A stretch of 64,000 nt of DNA from an uncultured candidate division Zixibacteria bacterium (GTDB taxonomy: Bacteria; Zixibacteria; MSB-5A5; UBA10806; 4484-95). The first letter of the stretch is position 1. Every line of letters starts with the position of its first letter. The notes under the pieces are model-generated. The model was given only the letters and a program-made list of their open reading frames with translations, was not told the DNA's origin and did not search any database. A program made the position numbers and the translations under genes. The stretch spans positions 128,001-192,000 of the forward strand of contig CAXXKA010000006.1 in assembly GCA_963668625.2 (NCBI GenBank), written 5' to 3'. Positions 48,868 through 58,849 of the stretch are shown here, in pieces.

Positions 48868-50586
48868 ATGAGACGAAAAATATTTTTACTTCTATTCGTA
48901 GCCGCGGCCGTGCCGTTAATCGGCATACTGTTATTTTTACGGGTCACTATGCTGGGACAGCAGCAGGAATTAGCGCAGAACAGGCTTTCCTCGGTTGTCA
49001 GCGGCGTTATTGGGTTTTATGATAGAAACGGCACCAGCGTGTTAAATCAGGTAAAAGCGCTGGCGGATAACGATGACCTGAAACGGACGCTTCTCCTAAC
49101 CGATGAGATTGGCTTTATCGATCAATCGGCTCTTATCAAAAAGACCGAACGTCAGCTCGAACTGCTCGATCTGGATTACCTGGCGGTGATCGATCCCAAA
49201 GGCGAGGTGCTGGCGCAGGGCCACGATCAGTCGGTGTTCGGTTTCTCGCTGGAGGATGATCCGATAGTCAACGAGGCTCTTAACGGTCAACCCGTGCATT
49301 CACTGGCGATACGAGATATTCGGGGCAGCGATGAACTTCTGACAATGGCCGCCTCGCCGGTGTGGTTCAAGAATCGGGCTATCGGGGTGGTGATCGGCGG
49401 CAAAATCATTGATGAGAGTTATTTGCAGGATTTACAGTCGCTTTCCGGCGCGGAGTTGATACTACTAAGCGAGGGAGAGATCAAAGGCACGACTATACCC
49501 GGAAACTTGAACGAGGTACCGATCGAGACTACCGCTAACGCTTTTACCTCGGTACAGCTTGCCGGAACGCCATATAAGTTCAACTCCTATGCCCTGACTA
49601 ATTTTACCGGCGATAAAGTAGCCGATTTGATGATCGGTATCAGCACTTACGATTTAAAAACGGTGTACGATCGGATTTCCATGATATTCATCATATTCGC
49701 GCTGGGATCTTTCGTACTGGCGTTCGTGTTGGCCTGGTCGTTCTCCTACAGTATCACCAAACCGATTACCGCGCTGGCCGAGGCCTCATCCCGTATGGCT
49801 ACCGGTGATTTCGAGGTCGCGTTAAATTCCCGGCGCAGGGATGAGATCGGCAAGCTGATCAATAGTTTCAACACCATGGCCACCGACCTGAAAGACTACC
49901 GCGAGAAACTGGTCGATTCCGAGCGAATGGCGGCGTTTACCCAGATGGCGCAGAAAGTGGCGCATGAGATAAAAAATCCGCTAACCCCCATACAGGTGTC
50001 CATACAGGATTTGAAACGCACTTTCGATGCCGGCGATGAGGATTTCCCCGAGATACTCAACAACTCATGCAACACCGTGCTGGAGGAGGTATCCTCGCTG
50101 GCGAAGATCGTTAAAGAGTTCTCCGAGTTCGCTCGTTTTCCGTCTCCGCAATTGCAACGCGAGGATTTACGCGAGCTGATGCAGTCATATATCGGGCTGT
50201 ACGGTATCGATGTCGAATCCGGCAGGATGATAGTAGATTTCGCAGATGAGAATATTATCGTTACTGTCGATCGGGAGCAGTTGAAACGAGCAGTACATAA
50301 TATCGTGAAAAACGCGTTCGAGGCCGGCGGCGAAACCGGCAAAGTCGAGGTTCGGACATATCGCGAAAACGAATTTGCCGTGATCGAGGTAAAAGATAAC
50401 GGCCCCGGATTTTCACCGATGGCGAAAAAGAATTTGTTCTCGCCGTATTTTACCACCAAAGCCGAGGGCAGTGGATTGGGATTGGTTATCGTGAAAAAGA
50501 TCATCAGCGATCATGACGGTGTGATCGAGATCAGTGATGATGAAAACGGTTCAGCGATTAAATTGAAATTGAGGATGAGTAAATAG
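48868..50586 (+). CDS. Sensor histidine kinase (Cache/HAMP/HisKA/HATPase, NtrY-like)
   Basis: Two TMs, ITKPI..DEIGKL, AHEIKNPLTPI, NIVKNA, DNGPG, PYFTTK..GSGLGL. Confidence 0.93.
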   Translation: MRRKIFLLLFVAAAVPLIGILLFLRVTMLGQQQELAQNRLSSVVSGVIGFYDRNGTSVLNQVKALADNDDLKRTLLLTDEIGFIDQSALIKKTERQLELLDLDYLAVIDPKGEVLAQGHDQSVFGFSLEDDPIVNEALNGQPVHSLAIRDIRGSDELLTMAASPVWFKNRAIGVVIGGKIIDESYLQDLQSLSGAELILLSEGEIKGTTIPGNLNEVPIETTANAFTSVQLAGTPYKFNSYALTNFTGDKVADLMIGISTYDLKTVYDRISMIFIIFALGSFVLAFVLAWSFSYSITKPITALAEASSRMATGDFEVALNSRRRDEIGKLINSFNTMATDLKDYREKLVDSERMAAFTQMAQKVAHEIKNPLTPIQVSIQDLKRTFDAGDEDFPEILNNSCNTVLEEVSSLAKIVKEFSEFARFPSPQLQREDLRELMQSYIGLYGIDVESGRMIVDFADENIIVTVDREQLKRAVHNIVKNAFEAGGETGKVEVRTYRENEFAVIEVKDNGPGFSPMAKKNLFSPYFTTKAEGSGLGLVIVKKIISDHDGVIEISDDENGSAIKLKLRMSK

Positions 50587-51941
50587 TGAAAATACTTTTG
50601 GTTGATGACGAGAAAAACATCCTCGATTCGGTCAGCCGCGCCCTGAAACGAATGGGGCATGAGGTTGTTTCCGCCGATGGGTTCAATCCCGCTGTGGCCG
50701 CCTGTGATGACTCATTCGACCTGGCCACTCTCGATGTCTGGCTTAACAGCGATGAAGGTGATGGCGTCGATTTGCTCAAGGCGCTCAAGACAGCATATCC
50801 GCATCTTATGGTGGTGATGATCTCCGGTGGCTCGACTATCGCTACGGCGGTTGAGGCGATAAAGCATGGCGCTTATGATTTTCTCGAGAAGCCGCTCTCT
50901 CTCGATAAACTAGAGGTGCTATTGAAAAATATCGATGAGCTGATATCTCTTCGCAAACAACGTGATGAGCTTCTACGCCAGGTGCAGGACGAGTATAAGC
51001 TGGTGGGTGAGTCCTCGGCTATTAAAGCGATGGTCGCCACTATCGATCGTTTCGCGCCCGAGGAGGCGCCGGTGCTGATTACAGGTGAAAGCGGCAGCGG
51101 CAAGGAACTCGTTGCCCGTATGATTCACAACAAGTCGGGACGAGCAAGCGGTCCGTTTATCGCTATCAACTGCGCGGCCTTGCCGGATGAGCTTGCCGAG
51201 GCCGAGCTGTTCGGCTACGAGGAAGGCGCGTTTACCGGTGCGATGAGTTCGCACGAGGGATATTTCAGACGAGCCGGCGGCGGAGTGCTGTTTTTGGATG
51301 AGATAAGCGAGATGTCGCTAAAGCTTCAAGCGAAACTTCTGCGTGTGATAGAGGAGCGCAAGGTAACCCCGCTTGGCGGCAAGGATGTTTTCGATATAGA
51401 TATACGCCTGATAGCGGCCTCCAATCGCAAGCTCAAGGAGGAGGCAGACAGCGGGGGATTCCGCCATGATTTATATTTTAGATTGAACGTGCTGCCGGTT
51501 AGTGTGCCTCCGCTGCGCGAGCGTATCAGCGATATCGGATTGCTGGTTGAATATTTCTGCGCGGCCTACGCCTCGAAAGCCAATAAAAAACAACGCAAGT
51601 TCTCCAAGAGTGCGATTGCTTACCTGGAGAAACTCGGCTACCCCGGCAATATCCGCGAGTTGAAAAACTACATTGAGCGTATACTGATTATCAGTGATTC
51701 TGATCCAATCGAGCCTCAGTCAATAGAGGCCGTGCTGGCGGGAGTTAGCTCATCTACGGGTGGTGATAAGGAGCTATCCTCATTGAAACAGGCGGTGGAG
51801 GATTTCGAGCGCGAGTATATCGAAAAGGCGATAGCCGGAGCCGAGGGCAACATAGCCCGCGCTGCCCGGATACTCGGCCTGGAACGCAGCCATCTGTACA
51901 AAAAGATGAAAGCGCTGGGGATTGAGAAGGGGGAGAGGTAA
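50586..51941 (+). CDS. Sigma54-dependent response regulator (NtrX-like)
   Basis: ILLVDDE, LDVW, GESGSGKE, GAFTGA, LFLDEI, PGNIREL, C-terminal Fis HTH. Confidence 0.95.
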   Translation: MKILLVDDEKNILDSVSRALKRMGHEVVSADGFNPAVAACDDSFDLATLDVWLNSDEGDGVDLLKALKTAYPHLMVVMISGGSTIATAVEAIKHGAYDFLEKPLSLDKLEVLLKNIDELISLRKQRDELLRQVQDEYKLVGESSAIKAMVATIDRFAPEEAPVLITGESGSGKELVARMIHNKSGRASGPFIAINCAALPDELAEAELFGYEEGAFTGAMSSHEGYFRRAGGGVLFLDEISEMSLKLQAKLLRVIEERKVTPLGGKDVFDIDIRLIAASNRKLKEEADSGGFRHDLYFRLNVLPVSVPPLRERISDIGLLVEYFCAAYASKANKKQRKFSKSAIAYLEKLGYPGNIRELKNYIERILIISDSDPIEPQSIEAVLAGVSSSTGGDKELSSLKQAVEDFEREYIEKAIAGAEGNIARAARILGLERSHLYKKMKALGIEKGER

Positions 51942-52139
51942 CCTGAGAGATGAAGCAAGCATTCCCACTTCACAACAGATGGTGCGGGGTGCCGGTGTTA
52001 AACTATAAGTCCGTTTCTATCCCTATTAATTAATTATGTTTCTAATTCCAATTGGTATTGAATTTATTATTGGTTGAATCAAAACGTACAGCTGAAAACA
52101 GTGTGACCGTCAGGTTAAGTCTTGTTTAGTACAGTTAAT

Positions 52140-52179
52140 ATACTATTCCGGCAATTGTTTTCAATTGCCGGAATAGTAT
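52140..52179. terminator. Perfect 18-bp inverted repeat between convergent genes
   Basis: ATACTATTCCGGCAATTG-TTTT-CAATTGCCGGAATAGTAT. Confidence 0.65.
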
Positions 52180-52192
52180 TTCTTTTACAGTC

Positions 52193-52657
52193 TTATGGGC
52201 AACTACCTTGCCAGGGCGATGGCTCTCCTCCCATGTTAAATTCTAAACAACCAAGATGTGTGGTACCGCTAATACATTTTGACGGCCATGTATTAGACTG
52301 ACTACCTACAGCATTTATCCAAGCTTTGCCAATATAGCCACAACCATCCGGCAAACCATAGACAGTTATAGTACGATATCCGCCATATAATATTACATTA
52401 GTGTTTTGCCATCGTACCACACCATTTTGTATAATTTGAACTGTGTAAGTTCCCCATACTGTTGGTCCTCTTAGTGTCACTTGTGCGTTTGCTGAATAGA
52501 TTACATCAGGGTAGTCATTTTCGTTTTTTGTTGAACTATTTTTGAAGTCAATTGCTTTGGATGATGTTGGATTAATCTGTTCCTCAACCGATGAGCATAC
52601 GATTAGTCCAAGCGATAGAGCAAGAATAACGAGAAATAGTATTCCTGATAATTTCAT
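52193..52657 (-). CDS. Hypothetical secreted/lipoprotein, AT-rich
   Basis: Signal peptide with VC, SD GGGAGG, four C-terminal Cys. Confidence 0.65.
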   Translation of the reverse strand: MKLSGILFLVILALSLGLIVCSSVEEQINPTSSKAIDFKNSSTKNENDYPDVIYSANAQVTLRGPTVWGTYTVQIIQNGVVRWQNTNVILYGGYRTITVYGLPDGCGYIGKAWINAVGSQSNTWPSKCISGTTHLGCLEFNMGGEPSPWQGSCP

Positions 52658-53040
52658 TGAAATCCTCCCAAGTTACTTATTACTATGTTTTTGTTTTAAG
52701 GCATCATTTTTGTTATTACGCTCCTTTCAATATTAGACTTTTAATATTAATTTGGTAATGCTAGATCTGTTGATGTGGTTATAAGATTAATTATATAGAA
52801 TTAAGCGCTTTTTGTCTAATGAAATTAGTAAAAAAGATGTATAATATTATTAAATATATAACGAATGATGTTGCATTGTTGTAGTGTATTCCAACTTCGT
52901 TCTGTATATTGCAAGGGATATATAATCTGAAGGAGAATAGCCAATAACCACCATTAATCTCCTTCACTTCCCATTCAGCAAATCAATTTCCAGCCGAATT
53001 AACTTGACAGACGGGCATAAATTTATGATTTTAATCGCTT

Positions 53041-53640
53041 GTGATGATTGAAGATGCCCCGATCGAAAAAGAGCGCGTTAAAATCGTGCTGGGGCTGGGC
53101 AATCCGGGACGGCGTTACGCCGACACCCGTCACAATGTAGGCCACATGGTGGTCGACCGCCTGGCCTTTTTGAAAAAAGAAGAGTTTGCCTCAGGCAACG
53201 GACCGTTCGAGTACTGCCGGATAGAGTACGATGGTAACGAGATTTACCTATGTAAATCAACGACTTACATGAACAACACCGGTAAAGCGGCGGCGGCGAT
53301 AAAGAACTACTTTGATATCGCCCCGGAAAGTATTATGATCATCTCCGATGATTCTAATATACCGCTGGGAAAGATAAGGTTTCGGGTTAGCGGTTCCGAT
53401 GGCGGTCATAACGGCCTGGCCTCGGTAACGCGGTACCTTCACACCGATGCCTACCCGAGGTTGAGGCTGGGCGTGGATTCCAATCCCGCCGGGGTGCCAC
53501 TTGAAGATTATGTACTGGAGGATTTCGACAAGGACGAATTTGACGTTGTAGACAAAATGGTTGCCGAGTCGATGAGATTCATCGAGAATCTCGCTTTAGG
53601 CAAGATAGAAAATAAATCAATAACAATAACTGTACTGTAA
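53041..53640 (+). CDS. pth: Peptidyl-tRNA hydrolase
   Basis: GLGNPG..YADTRHNVG, TYMNNTG, GSDGGHNGL, RLRLGV. Confidence 0.96.
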   Translation: MMIEDAPIEKERVKIVLGLGNPGRRYADTRHNVGHMVVDRLAFLKKEEFASGNGPFEYCRIEYDGNEIYLCKSTTYMNNTGKAAAAIKNYFDIAPESIMIISDDSNIPLGKIRFRVSGSDGGHNGLASVTRYLHTDAYPRLRLGVDSNPAGVPLEDYVLEDFDKDEFDVVDKMVAESMRFIENLALGKIENKSITITVL

Positions 53641-53651
53641 TTTTTAACACA

Positions 53652-53696
53652 GTACTCCCTACTCCGGTAGAGGGGTCGCAAGTCCAGAGGGAGGTT
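53652..53696 (+). promoter_or_regulatory. Probable S6:S18-binding rpsF leader
   Basis: CTCCCT pairs with AGGGAG SD, internal CCA loop, directly upstream of rpsF. Confidence 0.5.
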
Positions 53697-53698
53697 TG

Positions 53699-54193
53699 AT
53701 GAGAATTTACGAACTCACCATTATTCTCGAACCCAATTTAGACAAAGAAGCCGTTAATTCAGAACTCGATAAGCTTACCGATATGGTTAAAAAAGCCGAC
53801 GGTACCGTTTTCGAGGTTCAGCATCTCGGAATGCGCAGACTGACTTTCGAGATGTCAGGCAACACCCAGGGAAATTACTACACGATCTATTTCAACGCAG
53901 TTCCTGAGGTCTTAACTCAGATGGATAAGTCTATGAAACTCAATGAGTCGGTCTTAAGATCGATGACAATCGTGTTGAAGCAGTCCATTTACGAGGCCTC
54001 AAGCAAAAAGAAATCCGATGAGAGAAGACCGGCCGTAGAGAATACGGTTGATGAGAAGAAGTCCTCAGCTCCTGATACCGCCGCGCCAAAAGCGGTCGCC
54101 GAGGAGAAGACCTCGGACGAGGAAAACGAGAAAACCGAAGCTGATGACAGTTCGGCTGATGATTCCGGTGATGATCAGGAGGATAAAGCATAA
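53699..54193 (+). CDS. rpsF: 30S ribosomal protein S6 with acidic C-terminal tail
   Basis: MRIYELTIILEP, GMRRLTFEM, GNYY, NESVLR. Confidence 0.93.
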   Translation: MRIYELTIILEPNLDKEAVNSELDKLTDMVKKADGTVFEVQHLGMRRLTFEMSGNTQGNYYTIYFNAVPEVLTQMDKSMKLNESVLRSMTIVLKQSIYEASSKKKSDERRPAVENTVDEKKSSAPDTAAPKAVAEEKTSDEENEKTEADDSSADDSGDDQEDKA

Positions 54194-54258
54194 GTGTTTT
54201 AAATGTAGGCACTTACGTTTATTGAAACTTAGTCTCAATTGATTTGGAGGATATTTAG

Positions 54259-54483
54259 ATGATAAGAAAAAGAAGAAAAATCTGTCGCTTCTGTGAGCAT
54301 CAGGTTAAAAGAATAGATTACCGTGATGACAGAATTTTGAAAAGATACATCTCTGATCGCGGCAAGATTATCCCGAGGCGTGTGACCGGTGTCTGCGCCA
54401 AACATCAAAGATGGCTTTCCACTGCCATTAAGCGTGCCAGGGTAATGTCGTTTTTACCGTTTACCTCAAAGGAACTTGATTAA
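54259..54483 (+). CDS. rpsR: 30S ribosomal protein S18 (Zn-binding form)
   Basis: [32 protein letters not shown]. Confidence 0.97.
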   Translation: MIRKRRKICRFCEHQVKRIDYRDDRILKRYISDRGKIIPRRVTGVCAKHQRWLSTAIKRARVMSFLPFTSKELD

Positions 54484-54503
54484 TATTAGCGGGTTAAATA
54501 GTT

Positions 54504-55424
54504 GTGGCAAACTCAGACGGGACAAAATTATGGATTCTGGTCATAATCGTCGCTATCTCGGGCGTCTTGGTTGGCGTACCGTTGGTCAATTCGGTGATGA
54601 TTCTTCTAGCCCAGATCGCCCTGATCATATTGATGGTCAGGTATCGATATATATATGTCATGATACCATCCGTGATTGCGTTAGCGATAATTGCCGCGCT
54701 ATATGGACCTCAACTTTCCATGATATTCTTTTTCCTCGTTTTGCTACCGGGATTACTTATGGGAATTAAAGCCAGAATATTCGGTACGCCGAACTCAATC
54801 GTATTATGGGGTTTTGCGCCTTATCTGGTGATCGTTCTCATGGCAATTTTGTTCTACTCCAATATCTCCTCTCAGACCGAACTGTTCATCGCTGAATTTC
54901 AGACGATGATGCAGCAGAGCGCCGCACAGTTGGGGCTCGGTACTGGGGAAATAGCGGAGATGATGAAGATGAGTAACCAGGTTATTGTCTGGACTATTCG
55001 TTTGTTACCGGGCATACTGTTTACGATGTTTGCCATGCTGGTGTTATTCGCTTACCTGGGCGCTACTACGGTTGCCCGACATTTCGGAGCGGTGATACCG
55101 AGTATGGTTCCGGCCTATTTCTGGCGGGCAAGCGAATTATGGCTGATACCATTCGGTATAACAATGCTGCTGATTCTTTTAGGCGGCGAGGGGTTAAGGA
55201 TAGCAGGGGAAAACCTGTTAGTATTTTTTGTTCATTTCTATGCCTTTTTCGGCCTGTGTTTAATCGATTTCTATCTAAACCAGTTAAATATTCCGTACCC
55301 GGTACGGATAATTATCTACCTGATAATGCTTCTGCCGGTAATAACCATTTTGATTCTGGCATTTTTGGGTTTAATAGACAGCCGATTTGATTTCCGAAAA
55401 TTGGCATTCGAAAGTGAAAACTGA
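54504..55424 (+). CDS. DUF2232/YybS membrane protein
   Basis: Multi-TM, C-terminal LGLIDSRFDFR; usual position between rpsR and rplI. Confidence 0.85.
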   Translation: MANSDGTKLWILVIIVAISGVLVGVPLVNSVMILLAQIALIILMVRYRYIYVMIPSVIALAIIAALYGPQLSMIFFFLVLLPGLLMGIKARIFGTPNSIVLWGFAPYLVIVLMAILFYSNISSQTELFIAEFQTMMQQSAAQLGLGTGEIAEMMKMSNQVIVWTIRLLPGILFTMFAMLVLFAYLGATTVARHFGAVIPSMVPAYFWRASELWLIPFGITMLLILLGGEGLRIAGENLLVFFVHFYAFFGLCLIDFYLNQLNIPYPVRIIIYLIMLLPVITILILAFLGLIDSRFDFRKLAFESEN

Positions 55425-55442
55425 TTTTTAAGGAGAACAGAA

Positions 55443-55898
55443 GTGAAAGTAATATTAAGAGATGATATAGATGGTCTCGGCACATGTGGCGAGGTTGTAG
55501 TTGTTAAAGGCGGATATGCCAGAAATTACCTGATCCCCAGAAATCTGGCGGTTCAGGCTACAACCGGCAATGTCAAATCCATCGATGAGATCAAAAAGCA
55601 AAAAACATTCCGCGACAACAAACGTAAACGTGAATCAGAGAGAATTAAGGATAAATTGGAGAAATTATCACTTACCGCCGAGGTACAGGTTGGTGAGGAA
55701 GATAAAGTCTTCGGTTCTGTGACCGCCGCCATGATAGCCGGTTTGTTGAAATCTCAGGGTTTCGAGATTGACCGTCGCATTATATTGCTCGATGAGCCAA
55801 TAAAAGCTCTTGGCGTATATACGATTCCGGTCAAGCTCGATAAAGATGTAACCGCCGATGTAAAATTGTGGGTGGTAAAGAAAGAGGGATCCGAATAA
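55443..55898 (+). CDS. rplI: 50S ribosomal protein L9
   Basis: MKVILRDDI..LG..VKGGYARNYLIP, FGSVT, IKALG. Confidence 0.97.
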   Translation: MKVILRDDIDGLGTCGEVVVVKGGYARNYLIPRNLAVQATTGNVKSIDEIKKQKTFRDNKRKRESERIKDKLEKLSLTAEVQVGEEDKVFGSVTAAMIAGLLKSQGFEIDRRIILLDEPIKALGVYTIPVKLDKDVTADVKLWVVKKEGSE

Positions 55899-56073
55899 TT
55901 CGCTATCGCGGATACATCGCAGTCTTTATTTAGTTGTAATAATTGGGACAACTAACCGAATGCTGATTTAGGATTATCAGCGGAAGAGACTGTTTTTTCA
56001 GATTTGGCTTGATTAATCGTTGATTTTGAGCCAAAATTCAGTGGAAAGACAGAATTTTAAGACTGGTGGATTT

Positions 56074-56556
56074 ATGGCATTAATTGAAGCTGAAATCGGC
56101 GGATTAGCGCTGGATATTACGACTAACTCTCCGGTCGTGACGCTTTCTCCGAAAGGTTCCGAGAAAGTACTGCCGATCTGGATAGGCCATTACGAGGCCT
56201 GGGCTATTGGCATGGAGATGTCCGGAGTAGTATCTAAACGCCCCCTTACTCACGATCTTCTGTACAAGATCATCGAGAGCATGGGCGGAGCTATCGATAA
56301 AATAGCCGTTACGAATTTAAAAGAGCAAACTTTCTATGCCAGGATATCGATCAAATACGATGGCCAAATAATCGAGGTTGATGCCCGTCCCTCCGATTCT
56401 ATCGCGATAGCGCTGAAAGCTAATGCGCCGATATACGTAGACGAGGAATTATTTCAGCTTAAGGATGAGAAAACAACCGGTATACCCGACCAGGAAACTC
56501 TACGCGAACGCTTACGCCGAATAAACCCGGAGGATTTTGGCAAGTATAAGTTATGA
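56074..56556 (+). CDS. Bifunctional nuclease family (DUF151)
   Basis: LPIWIGHYEA, RPLTHDL, TFYA, DARPSDSIAIAL. Confidence 0.93.
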   Translation: MALIEAEIGGLALDITTNSPVVTLSPKGSEKVLPIWIGHYEAWAIGMEMSGVVSKRPLTHDLLYKIIESMGGAIDKIAVTNLKEQTFYARISIKYDGQIIEVDARPSDSIAIALKANAPIYVDEELFQLKDEKTTGIPDQETLRERLRRINPEDFGKYKL

Positions 56557-57059
56557 TTATTCCGTACCGGGGTAAAAAACCAATTATCGATAGTAGTTGT
56601 TTTATTGCGCCTGATGCTGTTATCGTTGGGGATGTCGAACTGGGCGAGAACTCGTCCGTGTGGTTTGGGGCGGTTATTCGAGGCGATATCTTTCCGATCA
56701 AAATCGGTCGATACACCAATATTCAGGACAGAATGGTTATACATGTTACTAACAATAAGTATGCTACTACGATTGGTGATTACGTAACCGGCGGGCACGG
56801 CGCGATACTCCATGGCTGTACTATCGAGGATTGCTGTATAATCGGTATGGGGGCGGTCGTGTTGGATAACTCCCTGATCGGCCACGAGTCTATCGTAGCC
56901 GCCGGCTCGGTTGTGAAAATGCATGAACGAGTTCCACCGGGAGTGCTCGTTGCGGGTAATCCGGCAGTTGTCAAGAGGGAGCTTTCAGGCAGGGAACGAG
57001 AGGGAATAAAACAATCAGCTTTAAACTATTCAGGATATATTGAAGGGTACGAGTTGTGA
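56553..57059 (+). CDS. Gamma carbonic anhydrase family protein
   Basis: FIAPDAVIVGDV, SVWFGAVIRGD, NIQD..IH, GHGAILHGC. Confidence 0.93.
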   Translation: MIIPYRGKKPIIDSSCFIAPDAVIVGDVELGENSSVWFGAVIRGDIFPIKIGRYTNIQDRMVIHVTNNKYATTIGDYVTGGHGAILHGCTIEDCCIIGMGAVVLDNSLIGHESIVAAGSVVKMHERVPPGVLVAGNPAVVKRELSGREREGIKQSALNYSGYIEGYEL

Positions 57060-58849
57060 GAAAAGCGCTAATAATCTGTATTGTATTACTGGTATCATCA
57101 ACGTGTTTCGCCCAGCGTATCCCTAGTTCGCCAATGGAGGCGTTATACCAGGCTCTCGATCTTTACGGGCTTGGCCGATACGATCAGGCGTATGAGAAAT
57201 TCAAACATTTTTCCGAGTTTTATGCGGGCGAAAGCCATTACTCGATTTTCAAGTTCATGGCTGCCAAATCGCTATATAAAGGCGGTAGGTCGGATGAGGC
57301 CGAAAATCAGTTCGAGCGGTTCATTCAGGAATTGCCGAGTTCCGATTATGTCGGCGCGACCTATCTTTACCTCGGCCATATAAATTATAAAAAAGGTGAT
57401 CTGTTGGACGCGGCGATAGCTTACCTGAAAGCGATTGATTTTCGCTCGGATAAAGAGGCCGGCGAAATTGCCGCCGCCAATCTCGTGCCGCTTTTGCGCC
57501 AGGAGCTCTCCATAGAGGATCTCGATTACCTGGCCGATAACTACCCTCGTTCCGAGTACGCCGGCGAAGTGGTCTATCATCAAGGGAAAAGACATTATGC
57601 CAATGGTAGGTATAAACGAGCGGTGAAGACATTCGAAAAGTATCTGGAAAATTATGCTCCCGGTTTCCATACCGCCGAGGTCAAACAGCTTTACTCGAAA
57701 GCGCGTGAACAGGCGTTCAAGAAAATCGTAATTGGCGTGCTCGCTCCTACTACCGGAACCTATGGAGATTACGGAGATGAGATGGTGGATGGTATCAAGC
57801 TGGCGTTTGCCAACGGCGCGAAAATTAACGGTAAGCAAATCGAGCTATTGTTTATAGATACTAAAGGTTCGCCGGTGCATGCCACCAAGGCAATCAAATC
57901 GTTAGCGATGGAGGAGCCGGTTGCCATTATCGGGCCGCTTCGCTCCGAGTCGGCGGTGGGCGCCTCGATAGTATCGAATTTTAACGATATACCGCTTATT
58001 ACCCCAACCGCCTCCGAGGAGGGAATAGCCGAACTGGGAGGTAACGTATACCAGGTATCGCCCCCGGCAGAGAGAATTGCCGAAAAACTGGCAGAATACG
58101 CGGTGAACGATATGGGGATTACCGAGTTCGGTATTATTGCCCCGAGCGATTACACCAGCCGACAGGTAGCCAAAGCATTCAGCCAGAAAGTTTATCAGCT
58201 TGGTGGTGAGGTACTTTCCTCTACATATTACGAATCCGGTGAAACCGATTTCTCCAACCAGATCACTCCTCTTCGCGAGAAACTGCTAATGAAAACAGAG
58301 GAACAACTGGCGATGGAGACGATAGATTCGACCGAGTATTACAACGAGGATAAAGAGGCCTGGATCGATCAGGAGGATTGGCGCGTTTACCTGGGTGGAC
58401 TATTCTTACCGGGGTATCCCAGCGAGCTTTCGCTACTGGTGCCGCAGATCAGGTATCACGTTATTACTACTCAATACCTTGGTTTGGACGGCTGGGATTC
58501 CAACGACTTTATCGATAACCTCGAACGCTATATAAACGGCTCTATATTCGCCACCGATTATCATCCCGGCATGGAAAGCGACGCCTGGGATGAATTTATC
58601 GTGAATTATTACAAAACTTTCGAAAAGCAACCGGGACGAGTAGCGGCTTTATCCTATGATGCCGCCAGCCTGATTCGTAAAGCGCTGGAGAGCGGCGCCA
58701 CTACCGCCGAGGACGTGTCGGCCTACTTGAACTCGATCGAAAATTACAAAGGCGTTAGCTGTAATATCGATTTCAAGTCGACGCATAACGCTAACAATGC
58801 CGTAAGCGTATTTCAAATCAATGATGGTATGTTGAATCGTTTGAAATGA
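57056..58849 (+). CDS. TPR + periplasmic-binding-fold protein (LpoA/penicillin-binding protein activator-like)
   Basis: Signal peptide, TPR repeats, IGVLAPTTG, IIGPL, ALSYDA. Confidence 0.8.
   Translation: MRKALIICIVLLVSSTCFAQRIPSSPMEALYQALDLYGLGRYDQAYEKFKHFSEFYAGESHYSIFKFMAAKSLYKGGRSDEAENQFERFIQELPSSDYVGATYLYLGHINYKKGDLLDAAIAYLKAIDFRSDKEAGEIAAANLVPLLRQELSIEDLDYLADNYPRSEYAGEVVYHQGKRHYANGRYKRAVKTFEKYLENYAPGFHTAEVKQLYSKAREQAFKKIVIGVLAPTTGTYGDYGDEMVDGIKLAFANGAKINGKQIELLFIDTKGSPVHATKAIKSLAMEEPVAIIGPLRSESAVGASIVSNFNDIPLITPTASEEGIAELGGNVYQVSPPAERIAEKLAEYAVNDMGITEFGIIAPSDYTSRQVAKAFSQKVYQLGGEVLSSTYYESGETDFSNQITPLREKLLMKTEEQLAMETIDSTEYYNEDKEAWIDQEDWRVYLGGLFLPGYPSELSLLVPQIRYHVITTQYLGLDGWDSNDFIDNLERYINGSIFATDYHPGMESDAWDEFIVNYYKTFEKQPGRVAALSYDAASLIRKALESGATTAEDVSAYLNSIENYKGVSCNIDFKSTHNANNAVSVFQINDGMLNRLK

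Noticed and set aside
53990-54258. Long acidic S6 tail and missing ssb between rpsF and rpsR
   Set aside because: Both are common variations in bacteria; not novel.
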